A stretch of 64,000 bases of DNA, from NCBI GenBank assembly GCA_031962025.1, contig JAVRKW010000004.1. One strand, written 5' to 3'. Source of the DNA: Pseudothermotoga sp. (GTDB lineage Bacteria > Thermotogota > Thermotogae > Thermotogales > DSM-5069). Numbering within the stretch: the stretch's first letter is position 1; each line of letters opens with the position of its first letter. A program made the translations under genes and the position numbers. Under the pieces are notes generated by a model. It searched no databases. It was not told the origin of the DNA and worked only from the letters and a program-made list of their open reading frames with translations. Shown here piece after piece: positions 40,061-49,761 of the stretch.

Positions 40061-41411
40061 ATTTTCCAACGCAGAAATCCTTGAAGATTTTCTCGATTAA
40101 TTCTGTGGAATAATTCGTTCCGAGTAAAAGGTCCAAGTTTGCTATGGCATCCTTTATTTGTTGAGCGATCAGATCTAGCGCAAACCCTTCTTTGAGATCT
40201 CTCAGTGCGTTGTTTATATTGATTTTACAGTTTAAAAGACACTCGTGCTGCCTTTGAGTGGTGATGTAGCCCTGTGTGTTGTTAATTATGTCAGATACAG
40301 ATTCAATAATTTGCCTTTCGATTTCTTCGATACCTTCTTTGTAAAGTGCGGAAACTGTTATAGTGTGAGCATCTGTTTTGAGCACCTTTTTGATTTCTTC
40401 TCTGTCGATCAAATCGTTTGCGTCTATTTTGTTTATCACTACCAGATATCTTTTGTTTCTAATAAGCTCCAAGATTTTCAAATCATCCATATCCACCGGC
40501 ACAGTTGCATCCAGTACAAACAGGATTAAATCAGCTTCTGACGCCGCCTTTATGGCTCTTTCTATGCCTATTTTTTCCACCTTTTCCTGCGACTCTCTTA
40601 TGCCAGCCGTGTCGATTAGAGTGAAAGAAACACCTTCAATTGTAACTGGAACCTGAATTAAATCCCTTGTGGTACCGGGAACTTCTGTGACGATCGCGCG
40701 ATCTTCCTTGACAAGTGCGTTAAGAAGTGAAGATTTGCCTACATTTGGTTTTCCTACGATCACAATTTTGATTCCACTTGACAAGACCAATCTATTCTGG
40801 GCATTTTCCAGCAATTTTTCTGCAAGATTTGAAGCTTTCTGCAACTGGTCGAGTATCACGCTCTGTTCTGTGAAAATTTCATCGGGGTAATCGAATTCCA
40901 CTTCGATCTTTGCAAGGACATTTAAAAGTACTTCTCTCAATTCTCTCACAGCTTCGGATAATCTACCAGAGAGATTGTTTGCCACCAGTTTTGCAGAGGT
41001 TTTTGAAGATGCTTCGATGATCTGTCTAACCGCTTCTGCTTTGGTCAAGTCAATTTTTCCATTCAAAAATGCCCTTTTTGTGAATTCACCTGGATGTGCC
41101 ATTCTCGCACCGTTGTTCAACAGAAGATCAAGAACCGCCTGACTGATGACCGAACCGCCGTGGCACATTATCTCGACCATGTCTTCACCAGTGTAAGAGT
41201 GCGGTTTTTTGTAGAACACGACGGTTATTTCGTCGAGCAACATGCCATCGCTATCCTTTATGAAGTTGTGATACACCTTCCTTGGTTCAATGTTTATCTT
41301 CTTGGCGAGTACCTTTTGACATATCTGCCATGAGTCGTCACCGCTCATCCTTATGACTGCTATGGCACCTGTCCCTTTCGCAGTTGAAATCGCAGCAATT
41401 GTGTCTGGCAA
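40059..41411 (-). CDS. mnmE: tRNA modification GTPase MnmE (TrmE)
   Basis: DTIAAIST, SYTGED, GKPNVGKS, GTTRD, DTAG, NKID, FCVGK. Confidence 0.97.
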   Translation of the reverse strand: MPDTIAAISTAKGTGAIAVIRMSGDDSWQICQKVLAKKINIEPRKVYHNFIKDSDGMLLDEITVVFYKKPHSYTGEDMVEIMCHGGSVISQAVLDLLLNNGARMAHPGEFTKRAFLNGKIDLTKAEAVRQIIEASSKTSAKLVANNLSGRLSEAVRELREVLLNVLAKIEVEFDYPDEIFTEQSVILDQLQKASNLAEKLLENAQNRLVLSSGIKIVIVGKPNVGKSSLLNALVKEDRAIVTEVPGTTRDLIQVPVTIEGVSFTLIDTAGIRESQEKVEKIGIERAIKAASEADLILFVLDATVPVDMDDLKILELIRNKRYLVVINKIDANDLIDREEIKKVLKTDAHTITVSALYKEGIEEIERQIIESVSDIINNTQGYITTQRQHECLLNCKININNALRDLKEGFALDLIAQQIKDAIANLDLLLGTNYSTELIEKIFKDFCVGK

Positions 41412-41416
41412 TGAAC

Positions 41417-41863
41417 TTAACCTCCCAGCAATTCCTGAACTATCCTGTTGACCAGTTTACCATCTGCTTTTCCCTTTAGCTGAGGCATTATGAGTTTCAT
41501 AGCTGTTCCAACATCTTTCGGGCTTGAGAGATTGTGCTGCTCTATCAGTTTTTTTGCTATATCTCTTATTTGTTCTTCGCTCATCTGCTCGGGCATGTAG
41601 GATTTTATGATCTTAAGCTCTTTTTCTTCTTCGGCTGCAAGATCTTCTCTCTTTGCCTGCCTGTACATTTCAATTGATTCAAGCCTTTTTTTGACCTCTT
41701 TTGACATAACCTGCAGCACATCTCCATCAGTTGCCTGTGCCATTTTTTCAACCTCGAAATTTTTGATCGCGGCTATCAGCAATCTTATCGTACGAACCCT
41801 TGTTTCGTCCTTGGCTTTCATGGCTTGTTTGAGATCCTCAGAAAGCTTTTCTTTTAAACTCAT
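41417..41863 (-). CDS. GatB/YqeY domain protein
   Basis: LKQAMKAKD...KKRLES...MPEQMS...KGKADGK. Confidence 0.92.
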   Translation of the reverse strand: MSLKEKLSEDLKQAMKAKDETRVRTIRLLIAAIKNFEVEKMAQATDGDVLQVMSKEVKKRLESIEMYRQAKREDLAAEEEKELKIIKSYMPEQMSEEQIRDIAKKLIEQHNLSSPKDVGTAMKLIMPQLKGKADGKLVNRIVQELLGG

Positions 41864-42007
41864 CTTTAACCCTCCTCTTTGAGCTCTACCTGTATAATAT
41901 ATCTCAAATATCTCAAAAATAGCAGAACAATCCATTACCAGAAATGGTGCGGGAAAATTTCAAAAACATGTTTTTCGAAAGATGATATGGAATAAAATAT
42001 ATATGTG

Positions 42008-42022
42008 ATAGAATCATTAAAA
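42008..42022. promoter_or_regulatory. Possible PerR/Fur-type box overlapping the -10 element of the ferritin-like gene
   Basis: ATAGAATCATTAAAA matches TTATAATnATTATAA at 11 of 14 positions; overlaps TGnTAGAAT. Confidence 0.4.
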
Positions 42023-42076
42023 AATACATAAAAATCATAAATTCAGATAACAGAAATCTCAAAGGAGGTGATTTTC

Positions 42077-42559
42077 ATGGATCAACAAACTGAGATCGTT
42101 CTGAGGTATGCCATTGCACAGGAAGTGGAAGGTAGAGAGTTCTACAAAAGCAGGCTGGAACGAGTTCACAATGATCAGTTGAAAAAGCTTTTCGAGCAAC
42201 TGGTTGAGATGGAACAATCACATATCGATTACATCGCCAGCTTACTGGAAACAAAAGACGTTCAAAAAGAAGCTGTGCCGTACAGACCAGTCAATTTTGA
42301 AATCAGAGAATTTGAAGAATCCTGGGGAGATACTCAGTCGATGACAGATCTTTCAATTTTGAGAATGGCATACTTGATAGAACATGATTTTGCCGTTTTT
42401 TATGAAAACGCGGCGAAAAATGCCAGTGATGCTTCTTTAAAAAAAGCACTTTTGGAGTTATCAGATTGGGAAAAATCACACAGAGATATGCTCAGAAATC
42501 TGTACGACGAAGCCATGAAAAATTTCTGGTACGAGCAAGGATTTTCTCCGATATTTTAG
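42077..42559 (+). CDS. Rubrerythrin/ferritin-like di-iron protein
   Basis: AIAQE..G.EFY, EQSH, E....FY, EKSH (paired ExxH motifs). Confidence 0.88.
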   Translation: MDQQTEIVLRYAIAQEVEGREFYKSRLERVHNDQLKKLFEQLVEMEQSHIDYIASLLETKDVQKEAVPYRPVNFEIREFEESWGDTQSMTDLSILRMAYLIEHDFAVFYENAAKNASDASLKKALLELSDWEKSHRDMLRNLYDEAMKNFWYEQGFSPIF

Positions 42560-42572
42560 GGGAGGTGTGTGC

Positions 42573-42740
42573 ATGAAGGTTTCAATAAATGGACGTGTTT
42601 ACGAGGCTCAAGAAGGTCAGACGATTTACGATGTAGCGAAACAAAATGGTTTAGAAATCCCGGTTCTGTGTCATCATCCTTCACTTGAACCTATAGGTGC
42701 CTGTAGAATCTGCTTGTTCAATTTATTGGCTCGATTCTGA
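42573..42740 (+). pseudogene. Truncated N-terminus of a NuoG/FdhA/HydA-type 2Fe-2S oxidoreductase subunit
   Basis: Not in the ORF track. RBS GGGGAGGTG, then MKVSINGRVYEAQEGQTIYDVAKQNGLEIPVLCHHPSLEPIGACRICL; stop after 55 aa; the fourth Cys ligand is missing. Confidence 0.8.
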
Positions 42741-43192
42741 TAGCCTGGATGCTTGTTCAGACGAACCTCTGGGGTTCGGGTCAGGTCGTGAATGACTTTG
42801 GAAAGACCGCCATCTTTATTGCAAATTCCAAAGTCACCCTCAGTTTCAGTGCGATCTTCTTCAGGGGCATGCTCTGCAACATACTGGTTGATCTGGCTGT
42901 GATACTCGCATTGGCTGCGGACAGCGTGGAGGGTAAGATTCTGGGCATATTTTTCCCGATAATGACCTTTGTCGCAATAGGCTTTGAACACAGTGTAGCA
43001 AACATGGCTCTGATACCGATCGGACTTTTCATAAAGGCTGCTTCTAATTATGGTCCACAAACTCTCAACTGGGCTGGTTTTTGGAAAAATATCATCGGAG
43101 CAACGCTGGGAAACATAGTTGGACCGGGTATCTTTACTGCGCTCTTTTACTATCTGAGTTATTACAGACAAGCCAGTCAGTCCAAGACCTGA
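42722..43192 (+). pseudogene. C-terminal half of a formate/nitrite transporter (FNT, FocA/FdhC family)
   Basis: FIGS, RGMLCNILVDLAV, GFEHSVANM, TLGNIVG; N-terminal half absent; in-frame TAG at 42704. Confidence 0.82.
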
Positions 43193-44223
43193 GTGATCAT
43201 CAACCCTTTTTCCTCTGCCAGATCAATTTGCTCACCGCTGTCTAATCTCACAATGGGCTGCGTTGCGCGGCCCATTGTGTTTCCAACCACAACTGCTTTT
43301 TCGCCTGAATTGAGAAGAACTGTCGTACCAACCGGATAAAGACCTACTATGGAAACAAATGCCTGAACCAATTCTCTATCGATTTTTCCAAAAGATGCCA
43401 TTTTTATCAATTCTGAAACAACCCTGTATGGTGACCAGGAAGCTTTGTACGATCGATTTGAAATCAGAGCGTCGTATATGTCTGCGATCGCTATGATTTT
43501 AGATTCCACTGTCAATTCAGTTTTTGTCAAACCTCTCAGATATCCTGTCCCGTCTAACTTTTCATGGTGATCTCTAACACCACTTATCACATTGACATCA
43601 TCTATACCTGACTTTTCACATATTCTAAAACCATACTCCACATGCTTTTTAACCATTTCAAACTCTTCTTGAGTCAACTTTCTTGGTGCATAAAGAACCT
43701 CTTTTGGTACCATGATTTTACCTACATCGTGAATTATCGCAGAAAAAGCCAGCCGTGAAAGCTGGTTTATTTTCATTCCAATTTGCAAACCTATGAGTGA
43801 AGATATCATTCCAACGTGTACCTCGTGAACATAGGTATATTCTTCATCGTTTTGCTGAATTAGAAAGATCAAAGATATCTTATCGGAATAGTTTTTCACA
43901 ATATCGTTTACGATCTGGCTTGAAAGATCACTCACTTCCTTTTTGTTCAGTTGTAATTTTTGGGCTGCACCGTGGAAGATATCTTTTATCTCTTCTTTCA
44001 ATTTTTCTATCTTTTGTGGATTCACAACCGGCGGAGTGACCGGTGAGATCTGTATCCACAGATATTTCACATCGTTCTTTTTGAGTTCTTCTATGATTTG
44101 TTTTGTAAGAGGCTGTCCCAAACGAACTACAGGAGGCTGATCACTGGCAAACCTCACAGTCTCCATAGATATATCTCCGGGTACAAGTGAATCAACTTTT
44201 TTCCAGATGATCTGTCCAGTCAT
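43177..44223 (-). CDS. HD-GYP domain protein (c-di-GMP phosphodiesterase family)
   Basis: HDVGK, KKH, HHEKLDGTGYL, ADIYDAL..RSYK. Confidence 0.88.
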   Translation of the reverse strand: MTGQIIWKKVDSLVPGDISMETVRFASDQPPVVRLGQPLTKQIIEELKKNDVKYLWIQISPVTPPVVNPQKIEKLKEEIKDIFHGAAQKLQLNKKEVSDLSSQIVNDIVKNYSDKISLIFLIQQNDEEYTYVHEVHVGMISSLIGLQIGMKINQLSRLAFSAIIHDVGKIMVPKEVLYAPRKLTQEEFEMVKKHVEYGFRICEKSGIDDVNVISGVRDHHEKLDGTGYLRGLTKTELTVESKIIAIADIYDALISNRSYKASWSPYRVVSELIKMASFGKIDRELVQAFVSIVGLYPVGTTVLLNSGEKAVVVGNTMGRATQPIVRLDSGEQIDLAEEKGLMITQVLD

Positions 44224-45449
44224 ATAATTTTGATTAAATCTTCACTCTCCTTTGGTGTTAGCAAAGCCCAGTGCCATTTACTTGAGCAGATTTCTTTCCA
44301 CATTTCCTGGACATCTTTATATTTCACAGATTCAACTTTTTTGAGTATATCTTCCAGTTCAAACGGTTCGGTTTTAACCAGCAAAGGTTCCAGAACATAG
44401 CCAAACATACCTGAGACACTTTCTGTAACCATCTGGAGTTTCCCGATCAACCTTTTCTTGCCGTACTCAAAATAATCCTTGGGAATAGATCCTTCATCAA
44501 AGATTTTATTCATCTCCTGTACATATCTTTTGAATTTCTCAACACTTGTTGAAGCGTATATTTCCATCAGAGACTTGTTTTTACCCATGTTACTCAACAG
44601 CTCTATGTCATAAACAAGTCCAAGTTTTTCTCTTATTCTGGTGAAAAGCATCGAACTCATACCGCTTCCAAGCAAAGTGTTCAGAACAAGAAAGGCTGGG
44701 TATTTTGAGCTTTCCAGTCCAAAATCAATTGCGAGCCCTGCAACGGCATGTACCTGACTCAGATCATTTCTTTGCTCAAAAACACGTGAAGGTTCTTTAA
44801 AAGACATTTGAATATCATCTTCATTTACAGTTTTATCATATCGCACCACGACATTTTCAAGTTTCTCGATCAGATTTTTTGTTATCTTTCCGACCGCCAC
44901 TATCCTCAGATTACCGTATCTTGTGGAATGAAAATCTTTCAGGACCTGTGCACTGGCTTTTGCAACGGTCTGTTCATATCCGATCACCGGTCGGCAGTAA
45001 GGCTCCTGGAGTATACTCTGTGCAAAAAGGTCCTGCACTCTGCTGATATGGTCTTCGTTGAAAGACTTTATTTCTTCTATGACCACAGATTTTTCAAGTT
45101 CCACCGCGTGATCTTCAATGAGCGGACTGAAGACCAACTCACTTAGAACATCGATGGCTTTTTCAAAATAAGAATAAGGTGTACGGGCATAATAAACCGT
45201 GAAGTCTTTGGTCGTGAATGCATTCAGGCTGCTTCCTACAACTTCTAACTCGTATTTTAGAGCAAATTCTTCATAATTTTTCGTGCCTTTAAAGGTTACG
45301 TGTTCCAGTAAATGTGCGATTCCGGCAAAATCCTCTGGTTCATGTGCTGAACCTGCCGGAACGATAAATGCAATTGACAAAGTCTTGACACCTTTCACAG
45401 GTAAATAGTAGATCGTGCTGGTATTGATCTGTTTTCTTTCTATTTTCAA
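44220..45449 (-). CDS. M16-family zinc peptidase
   Basis: GIAHLLEH (HxxEH), NAFT, GSGMSS.LF.RIREKLGLVY; follows pnp. Confidence 0.9.
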   Translation of the reverse strand: MKIERKQINTSTIYYLPVKGVKTLSIAFIVPAGSAHEPEDFAGIAHLLEHVTFKGTKNYEEFALKYELEVVGSSLNAFTTKDFTVYYARTPYSYFEKAIDVLSELVFSPLIEDHAVELEKSVVIEEIKSFNEDHISRVQDLFAQSILQEPYCRPVIGYEQTVAKASAQVLKDFHSTRYGNLRIVAVGKITKNLIEKLENVVVRYDKTVNEDDIQMSFKEPSRVFEQRNDLSQVHAVAGLAIDFGLESSKYPAFLVLNTLLGSGMSSMLFTRIREKLGLVYDIELLSNMGKNKSLMEIYASTSVEKFKRYVQEMNKIFDEGSIPKDYFEYGKKRLIGKLQMVTESVSGMFGYVLEPLLVKTEPFELEDILKKVESVKYKDVQEMWKEICSSKWHWALLTPKESEDLIKII

Positions 45450-45466
45450 ACTGATCTACCTCCATG

Positions 45467-45491
45467 AAAATGCCAGCTTTGAATGCTGGCA
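45467..45491 (-). terminator. Hairpin/terminator after pnp
   Basis: Minus strand TGCCAGC-attcaaa-GCTGGCA-TTTT. Confidence 0.65.
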
Positions 45492-45509
45492 CATATCGAT
45501 CAAAACAAA

Positions 45510-47642
45510 TTACTCTTCTTTCTTATCTTTTTTGTACGATCTACCTTGCTGTTTACGAACATGATCTTCATCGGTAGAAACTTCTTCAAGCTGAAATCTG
45601 CCCATGTTGTCAATACTGCTGACCTTTACCTTCAAGATTTCGCCTATCTTGATTGTCTTGAGATTTCTGACAAGCTTGCTCTGATGCAGTAATCCAATCT
45701 TTCCCGGTGCGATTTCTATAAAAGCGCCGAATGGTTCGATGCGAGTTACCTTGCCATCGAGGATTTCGCCGACAGTTATTTCTTTCACGATGTTGTTGAT
45801 CTGTTTGATCGCAGCTTCAACTTTCGCCTGATCGTCACCGATCACGCTCACCTTTCCGGTGAGGTCATCGACAGATATCTTGACATCGTAGTCTTTTATG
45901 ATGGTCTTTATTACTCTCCCACCGGGTCCGATTATCTCGGCGACCTTTGATGGGTCTACACCGACGACCTTTATCACAGGTGCATATTTAGATAGAGTAT
46001 CCTTTGGCTTGTCAATTGCTTGGTAAAGTTTTTCCAGTACATGAAGCCTTGCCTCTTTTGCCTGATTCAGGGCTCTTTCAAGCAGATCTCGCGATACACC
46101 AGAGACCTTGCAGTCCATCTGGAATGCTGTAATGCCGTCCTTTGTGCCTGCTACCTTGAAATCCATATCTCCCCAGTGATCTTCAGCTCCGAGTATATCC
46201 GTCAAAACTATCTGGGCATCTTGTTCCAGTATCAGACCCATTGCAACACCAGCAACATGTTTGGCAACCGGCACTCCTGCATCCATGAGTGCGAGCGAGC
46301 CAGAGCAAACTGTAGCCATCGAAGACGACCCATTTGACTCGAGAATCTCTGAAACTATTCTGACCGTGTAAGGAAATTCATCCTCTTTTGGAAGGATAAA
46401 CTTCAAAGCTCTCTCTGCCAGATATCCATGTCCGATTTCCCGACGGCTTGGACCTCTCAATGGTTTGACTTCACCGGTTGAGAATGGTGGAAAGTTGTAG
46501 TGCAGCATGAATCTTTTTGTTCCTTCTTCAAGTAAAGAATCTATTATCTGTTCGTCCATCGGTGCACCAAGGGTAACTATCCCAAGACTCTGTGTCTCTC
46601 CTCTGGTGAAAAGCGCAGAACCATGTACTCTGGGGAGTATACCAACTTCACAGCTTATCGGTCGCACCTGTTTTGGATTTCTCAAATCAAGTCTTATACC
46701 CTCTTCAACTATGATCCGTCTCATTTTGTGTTTGAGTTTTTCCTCGTAAGCGTCTTTTAAAAGAACTGAGAGCTCTTCGATTTTTTCTTCACCGTGTTTT
46801 TCTTTCAGGCTGTTGCAGATCATGTTGTAATATTCATCCAAAGCTGCACTTCTGGCTTTCTTACCCTGCGTTAGAAGTCTGTTTCTCAGTTCATTTTCGT
46901 CAATCAACGAAACAAAATCATTTGCGATTTGCTCAGGTAAAGTTTTCTCCTGTAAGCTGATCTTTTTGACATCGAACTGCGACAGTATTTGCTTTTGAAA
47001 TTCAATTATCTGTTTGATGACATCATGTGCCTTGAACAGAACTTCTACCATCTGTGATTCACTTACTTCTTTTGCTTCACCTTCTACCATCGTTATGGCA
47101 TCTTCTGTACCGGCAACCACAATGTCGAGCAAACTCTTTTGAAGCTGTTCTTCATCTGGAAAGAAAACGACTTCGCCATCGACAAGTCCGACTCTGACAG
47201 CCGCGACTACACCGTTGAACGGAATATCAGAGATGTTGAGTGCCAGTGAGGTGGCAAAAACACCTACTATATCTGGTGGGTTAACGGTATCTGCCGAGAC
47301 TACAGTAACAACGACCTGAACTTCATTTCTGAGGTCTTTTGGAAACAGCGGTCTGATAGGTCTATCGATTGTTCTTGCGGACAGGATTGCCATTTCGCTT
47401 GGCTTACCTTCTCGCTTGACAAACCCACCTGGTATTTTTCCGGCGGCATAAAATCTCTCCTGAAATTCAACGGTCAGCGGAACAAAATCAATACCTTCTG
47501 TGACGGAATCAGCCATCACAGCCGTTGCAAGAACGGTTGTTTCACCTATCCGAGCCATGACAGCTCCATTCGCCTGCTTTGCAACCCTTCCATGTTCGAC
47601 GAAAAATTCCCTTCCAGCTATCTCTTGTTTCCATGTTTTCAA
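45510..47642 (-). CDS. pnp: Polyribonucleotide nucleotidyltransferase
   Basis: [51 protein letters not shown] and S1 domains. Confidence 0.97.
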   Translation of the reverse strand: MKTWKQEIAGREFFVEHGRVAKQANGAVMARIGETTVLATAVMADSVTEGIDFVPLTVEFQERFYAAGKIPGGFVKREGKPSEMAILSARTIDRPIRPLFPKDLRNEVQVVVTVVSADTVNPPDIVGVFATSLALNISDIPFNGVVAAVRVGLVDGEVVFFPDEEQLQKSLLDIVVAGTEDAITMVEGEAKEVSESQMVEVLFKAHDVIKQIIEFQKQILSQFDVKKISLQEKTLPEQIANDFVSLIDENELRNRLLTQGKKARSAALDEYYNMICNSLKEKHGEEKIEELSVLLKDAYEEKLKHKMRRIIVEEGIRLDLRNPKQVRPISCEVGILPRVHGSALFTRGETQSLGIVTLGAPMDEQIIDSLLEEGTKRFMLHYNFPPFSTGEVKPLRGPSRREIGHGYLAERALKFILPKEDEFPYTVRIVSEILESNGSSSMATVCSGSLALMDAGVPVAKHVAGVAMGLILEQDAQIVLTDILGAEDHWGDMDFKVAGTKDGITAFQMDCKVSGVSRDLLERALNQAKEARLHVLEKLYQAIDKPKDTLSKYAPVIKVVGVDPSKVAEIIGPGGRVIKTIIKDYDVKISVDDLTGKVSVIGDDQAKVEAAIKQINNIVKEITVGEILDGKVTRIEPFGAFIEIAPGKIGLLHQSKLVRNLKTIKIGEILKVKVSSIDNMGRFQLEEVSTDEDHVRKQQGRSYKKDKKEE

Positions 47643-47669
47643 GCAAATCACCTCTACTTCCAAGAAACT

Positions 47670-47690
47670 AAAAGCGGGCAGATGCCCGCC
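47670..47690 (-). terminator. Hairpin/terminator between rpsO and pnp
   Basis: Minus strand GCGGGC-atct-GCCCGC-TTTT. Confidence 0.7.
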
Positions 47691-47709
47691 CTCTTTGTTT
47701 TTTTACTTT

Positions 47710-47973
47710 TTATTTCCTCAGGTTGAGTTTCTCGATTAAGGTCCTGTATGACTCCGGGTTTGCCTTCCTGAGATACTTGAGAAACTTTCTGCGCCTGCCG
47801 ACCATCTTCATCAAACCGCGCCTTGAATGAAAATCCTTTGGATGAGCTTTCAAGTGCTCTGTCAGATGTCTTATTCTCGCGGTCAGTATAGCTACCTGAA
47901 CTTCGATCGAGCCTGTGTCTTTTTCGTTGATCCTGAATTGTTCAATGATCTGCTGTTTCTCTTTTTGATCCAC
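47710..47973 (-). CDS. rpsO: 30S ribosomal protein S15
   Basis: [31 protein letters not shown] start after GGAGGT. Confidence 0.97.
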   Translation of the reverse strand: MDQKEKQQIIEQFRINEKDTGSIEVQVAILTARIRHLTEHLKAHPKDFHSRRGLMKMVGRRRKFLKYLRKANPESYRTLIEKLNLRK

Positions 47974-47999
47974 AGATTGCACCTCCACATTTTTAAAAT

Positions 48000-48040
48000 C
48001 CTTCAACCCAGACAGGGACTCACCCGTATCCGAGTTGAGG
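48000..48040 (-). promoter_or_regulatory. Structured rpsO leader (candidate S15 autoregulatory element)
   Basis: Minus strand CCTCAACTCGGATACGGG-TGAGT-CCCTGTCTGGGTTGAAGG forms a long G-U-rich stem just upstream of the SD. Confidence 0.55.
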
Positions 48041-48042
48041 TC

Positions 48043-48117
48043 TGGAGCGGGCGACGGGTTTCGAACCCGCGGCCCTCAGCTTGGGAAGCTGATGCTCTAC
48101 CACTGAGCTACGCCCGC
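48043..48117 (-). tRNA. tRNA-Gly(CCC)
   Basis: Reverse complement: GCGGGCG...TCAGC-TT-CCC-AA-GCTGA...GTTCGAAAC...CGCCCGCTCCA. Confidence 0.97.
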
Positions 48118-48169
48118 ACAGAACATTTATACCACATTTAGAATGGTTCTGAACAAATTACAAAAACAT

Positions 48170-48418
48170 TTAAACACACAGTCCTTTAGATGAAACAATT
48201 TTCAGTATCTCTTGTGCGTTCGATCCACTCAATATGAATACATAAAACTGATAAGCCTGCAAATCTGCCTGATCTGTCCTACTAAGATAATAACTTTTCA
48301 CTCTCGACTCAAATTGCTCTTTCTCCTGCGCTGTCATTTTCGCAACAGCCTGAACGATCTCAAGTATTCTTTGATCTTCAAGACAAGCTCTAACTATCTC
48401 CTGCAGGACATCATCCAT
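48170..48418 (-). CDS. Hypothetical protein
   Basis: 82-aa ORF starting 3 nt after the spoVS stop. Confidence 0.6.
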   Translation of the reverse strand: MDDVLQEIVRACLEDQRILEIVQAVAKMTAQEKEQFESRVKSYYLSRTDQADLQAYQFYVFILSGSNAQEILKIVSSKGLCV

Positions 48419-48421
48419 CGA

Positions 48422-48694
48422 TCAGGACTGTTTTGGTGTTACAAAAACTTTGAAGGACATCCCGGTCCTTGTTTCGTTGTCGATCAAAGCTTCAATGAAA
48501 CCAGGAATCATGTAGATATCCTTCCCACCCTCGTTGAGAAATCGTCTCGCCACAGCAATGGCTTTCACTGCCTGGTTAACAGCACCTGCACCAATTGCCT
48601 GGATCTCAACTTTGTCTGCTTTTGATAATGCACCCGCTATAGCCCCCGCCACTTTGTTGGGATTCGAACTTGAACTGACCTTCAAAATCTCCAT
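48422..48694 (-). CDS. spoVS: SpoVS-family protein
   Basis: MEILKVSSSSNPNKVAGAIAG...AIGAGAVNQAVKAIAVAR; AGGAGG RBS. Confidence 0.93.
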   Translation of the reverse strand: MEILKVSSSSNPNKVAGAIAGALSKADKVEIQAIGAGAVNQAVKAIAVARRFLNEGGKDIYMIPGFIEALIDNETRTGMSFKVFVTPKQS

Positions 48695-48746
48695 TCTACC
48701 AATCCTCCTTGGAGTAAGTGTTGTACAAAATGATTTTACCATAAAT

Positions 48747-49748
48747 TCATGGTATTTCAACTGCACGTAAATATTTTGCCGCCTCTTCGGGTGGCATTGG
48801 ATTTATGTAAAAGCCCGAGCCCCACTCAAATCCAGCCACGTTGGTGAGGCGAGGGACGATTTCCAGATGCCAGTGATAGTAATTCTTACCTTCACCGGTG
48901 GTCGGTGATGTGTGAAGCATGAAATTGTAAGGTGGATTATCCAGAGCTTTGTATATTCTGTAGAGTGTATTTTTCAAAATCTGAGCGAAAGATTTAACCT
49001 GATTTTGCTCTATTGCGTCAAAGTTGCTCATGTGTCGTTTTGGAATGATCCATGTTTCGCACGGGAAACGCGCCGCAAAAGGTTCAAGTGATACAAAGTC
49101 ATCATTTTCTTCAACTATTCTTTCCTGTCTTTGGATCTCCTGATCTATGATATCGCAGAAGACACACCGCTCTTTGTATGAATAGTATTCTTCAGATCCG
49201 TTCATTTCTTCCTGAACTCTTTTTGGTACTATCGGGATGGCTATGAGCTGGCTGTGCGGATGTTGCAGAGAAGCACCTGCATCCCGACCGTGGTTTTTGA
49301 AGATAAGCACATATTGAATCCTTTTGTCTTTTGCGATTGCTTCATATCTGTGTTTGTACGCCCAGATGATTTCCTCAACCTGCCTGTAATCCATAAGAGC
49401 AATGTGCGTGTTGTGATCCGGTGTTTCGACAATCACTTCGTGGTATCCAAAGCCATCCATCGCATCAAACATACCAACGCCATATCTCTTTGCTTGAAGG
49501 GACGGGTTAACTGCGCCAAATTTGTTCGGCACAACTCTTACCCACCAGCCGGGTGTGTTTGGTTCAGTATCGGCTGGTCTGAACGCAAGAATCTCAGGTG
49601 GAGTTGTGTGTTCGTTCCCATAATCGAATGGACAAAAGCTTGGCTTTTCCTCTATTTTTGGTCTTACAAAATCGTGAGGTCTTTTTGCCCTCTCGGTGGC
49701 TATTATTACCCAGCGTTTCAGAACGGGATCTTTCCTGAACTCAGGCAT
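48747..49748 (-). CDS. galT: GalT-family nucleotidyltransferase
   Basis: RAKRP, CPF, VRVVPNKF, GASLQHPHSQ (HxHxQ), GFEWGSG. Confidence 0.88.
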   Translation of the reverse strand: MPEFRKDPVLKRWVIIATERAKRPHDFVRPKIEEKPSFCPFDYGNEHTTPPEILAFRPADTEPNTPGWWVRVVPNKFGAVNPSLQAKRYGVGMFDAMDGFGYHEVIVETPDHNTHIALMDYRQVEEIIWAYKHRYEAIAKDKRIQYVLIFKNHGRDAGASLQHPHSQLIAIPIVPKRVQEEMNGSEEYYSYKERCVFCDIIDQEIQRQERIVEENDDFVSLEPFAARFPCETWIIPKRHMSNFDAIEQNQVKSFAQILKNTLYRIYKALDNPPYNFMLHTSPTTGEGKNYYHWHLEIVPRLTNVAGFEWGSGFYINPMPPEEAAKYLRAVEIP

Positions 49749-49761
49749 TGAGCAATCCTCC

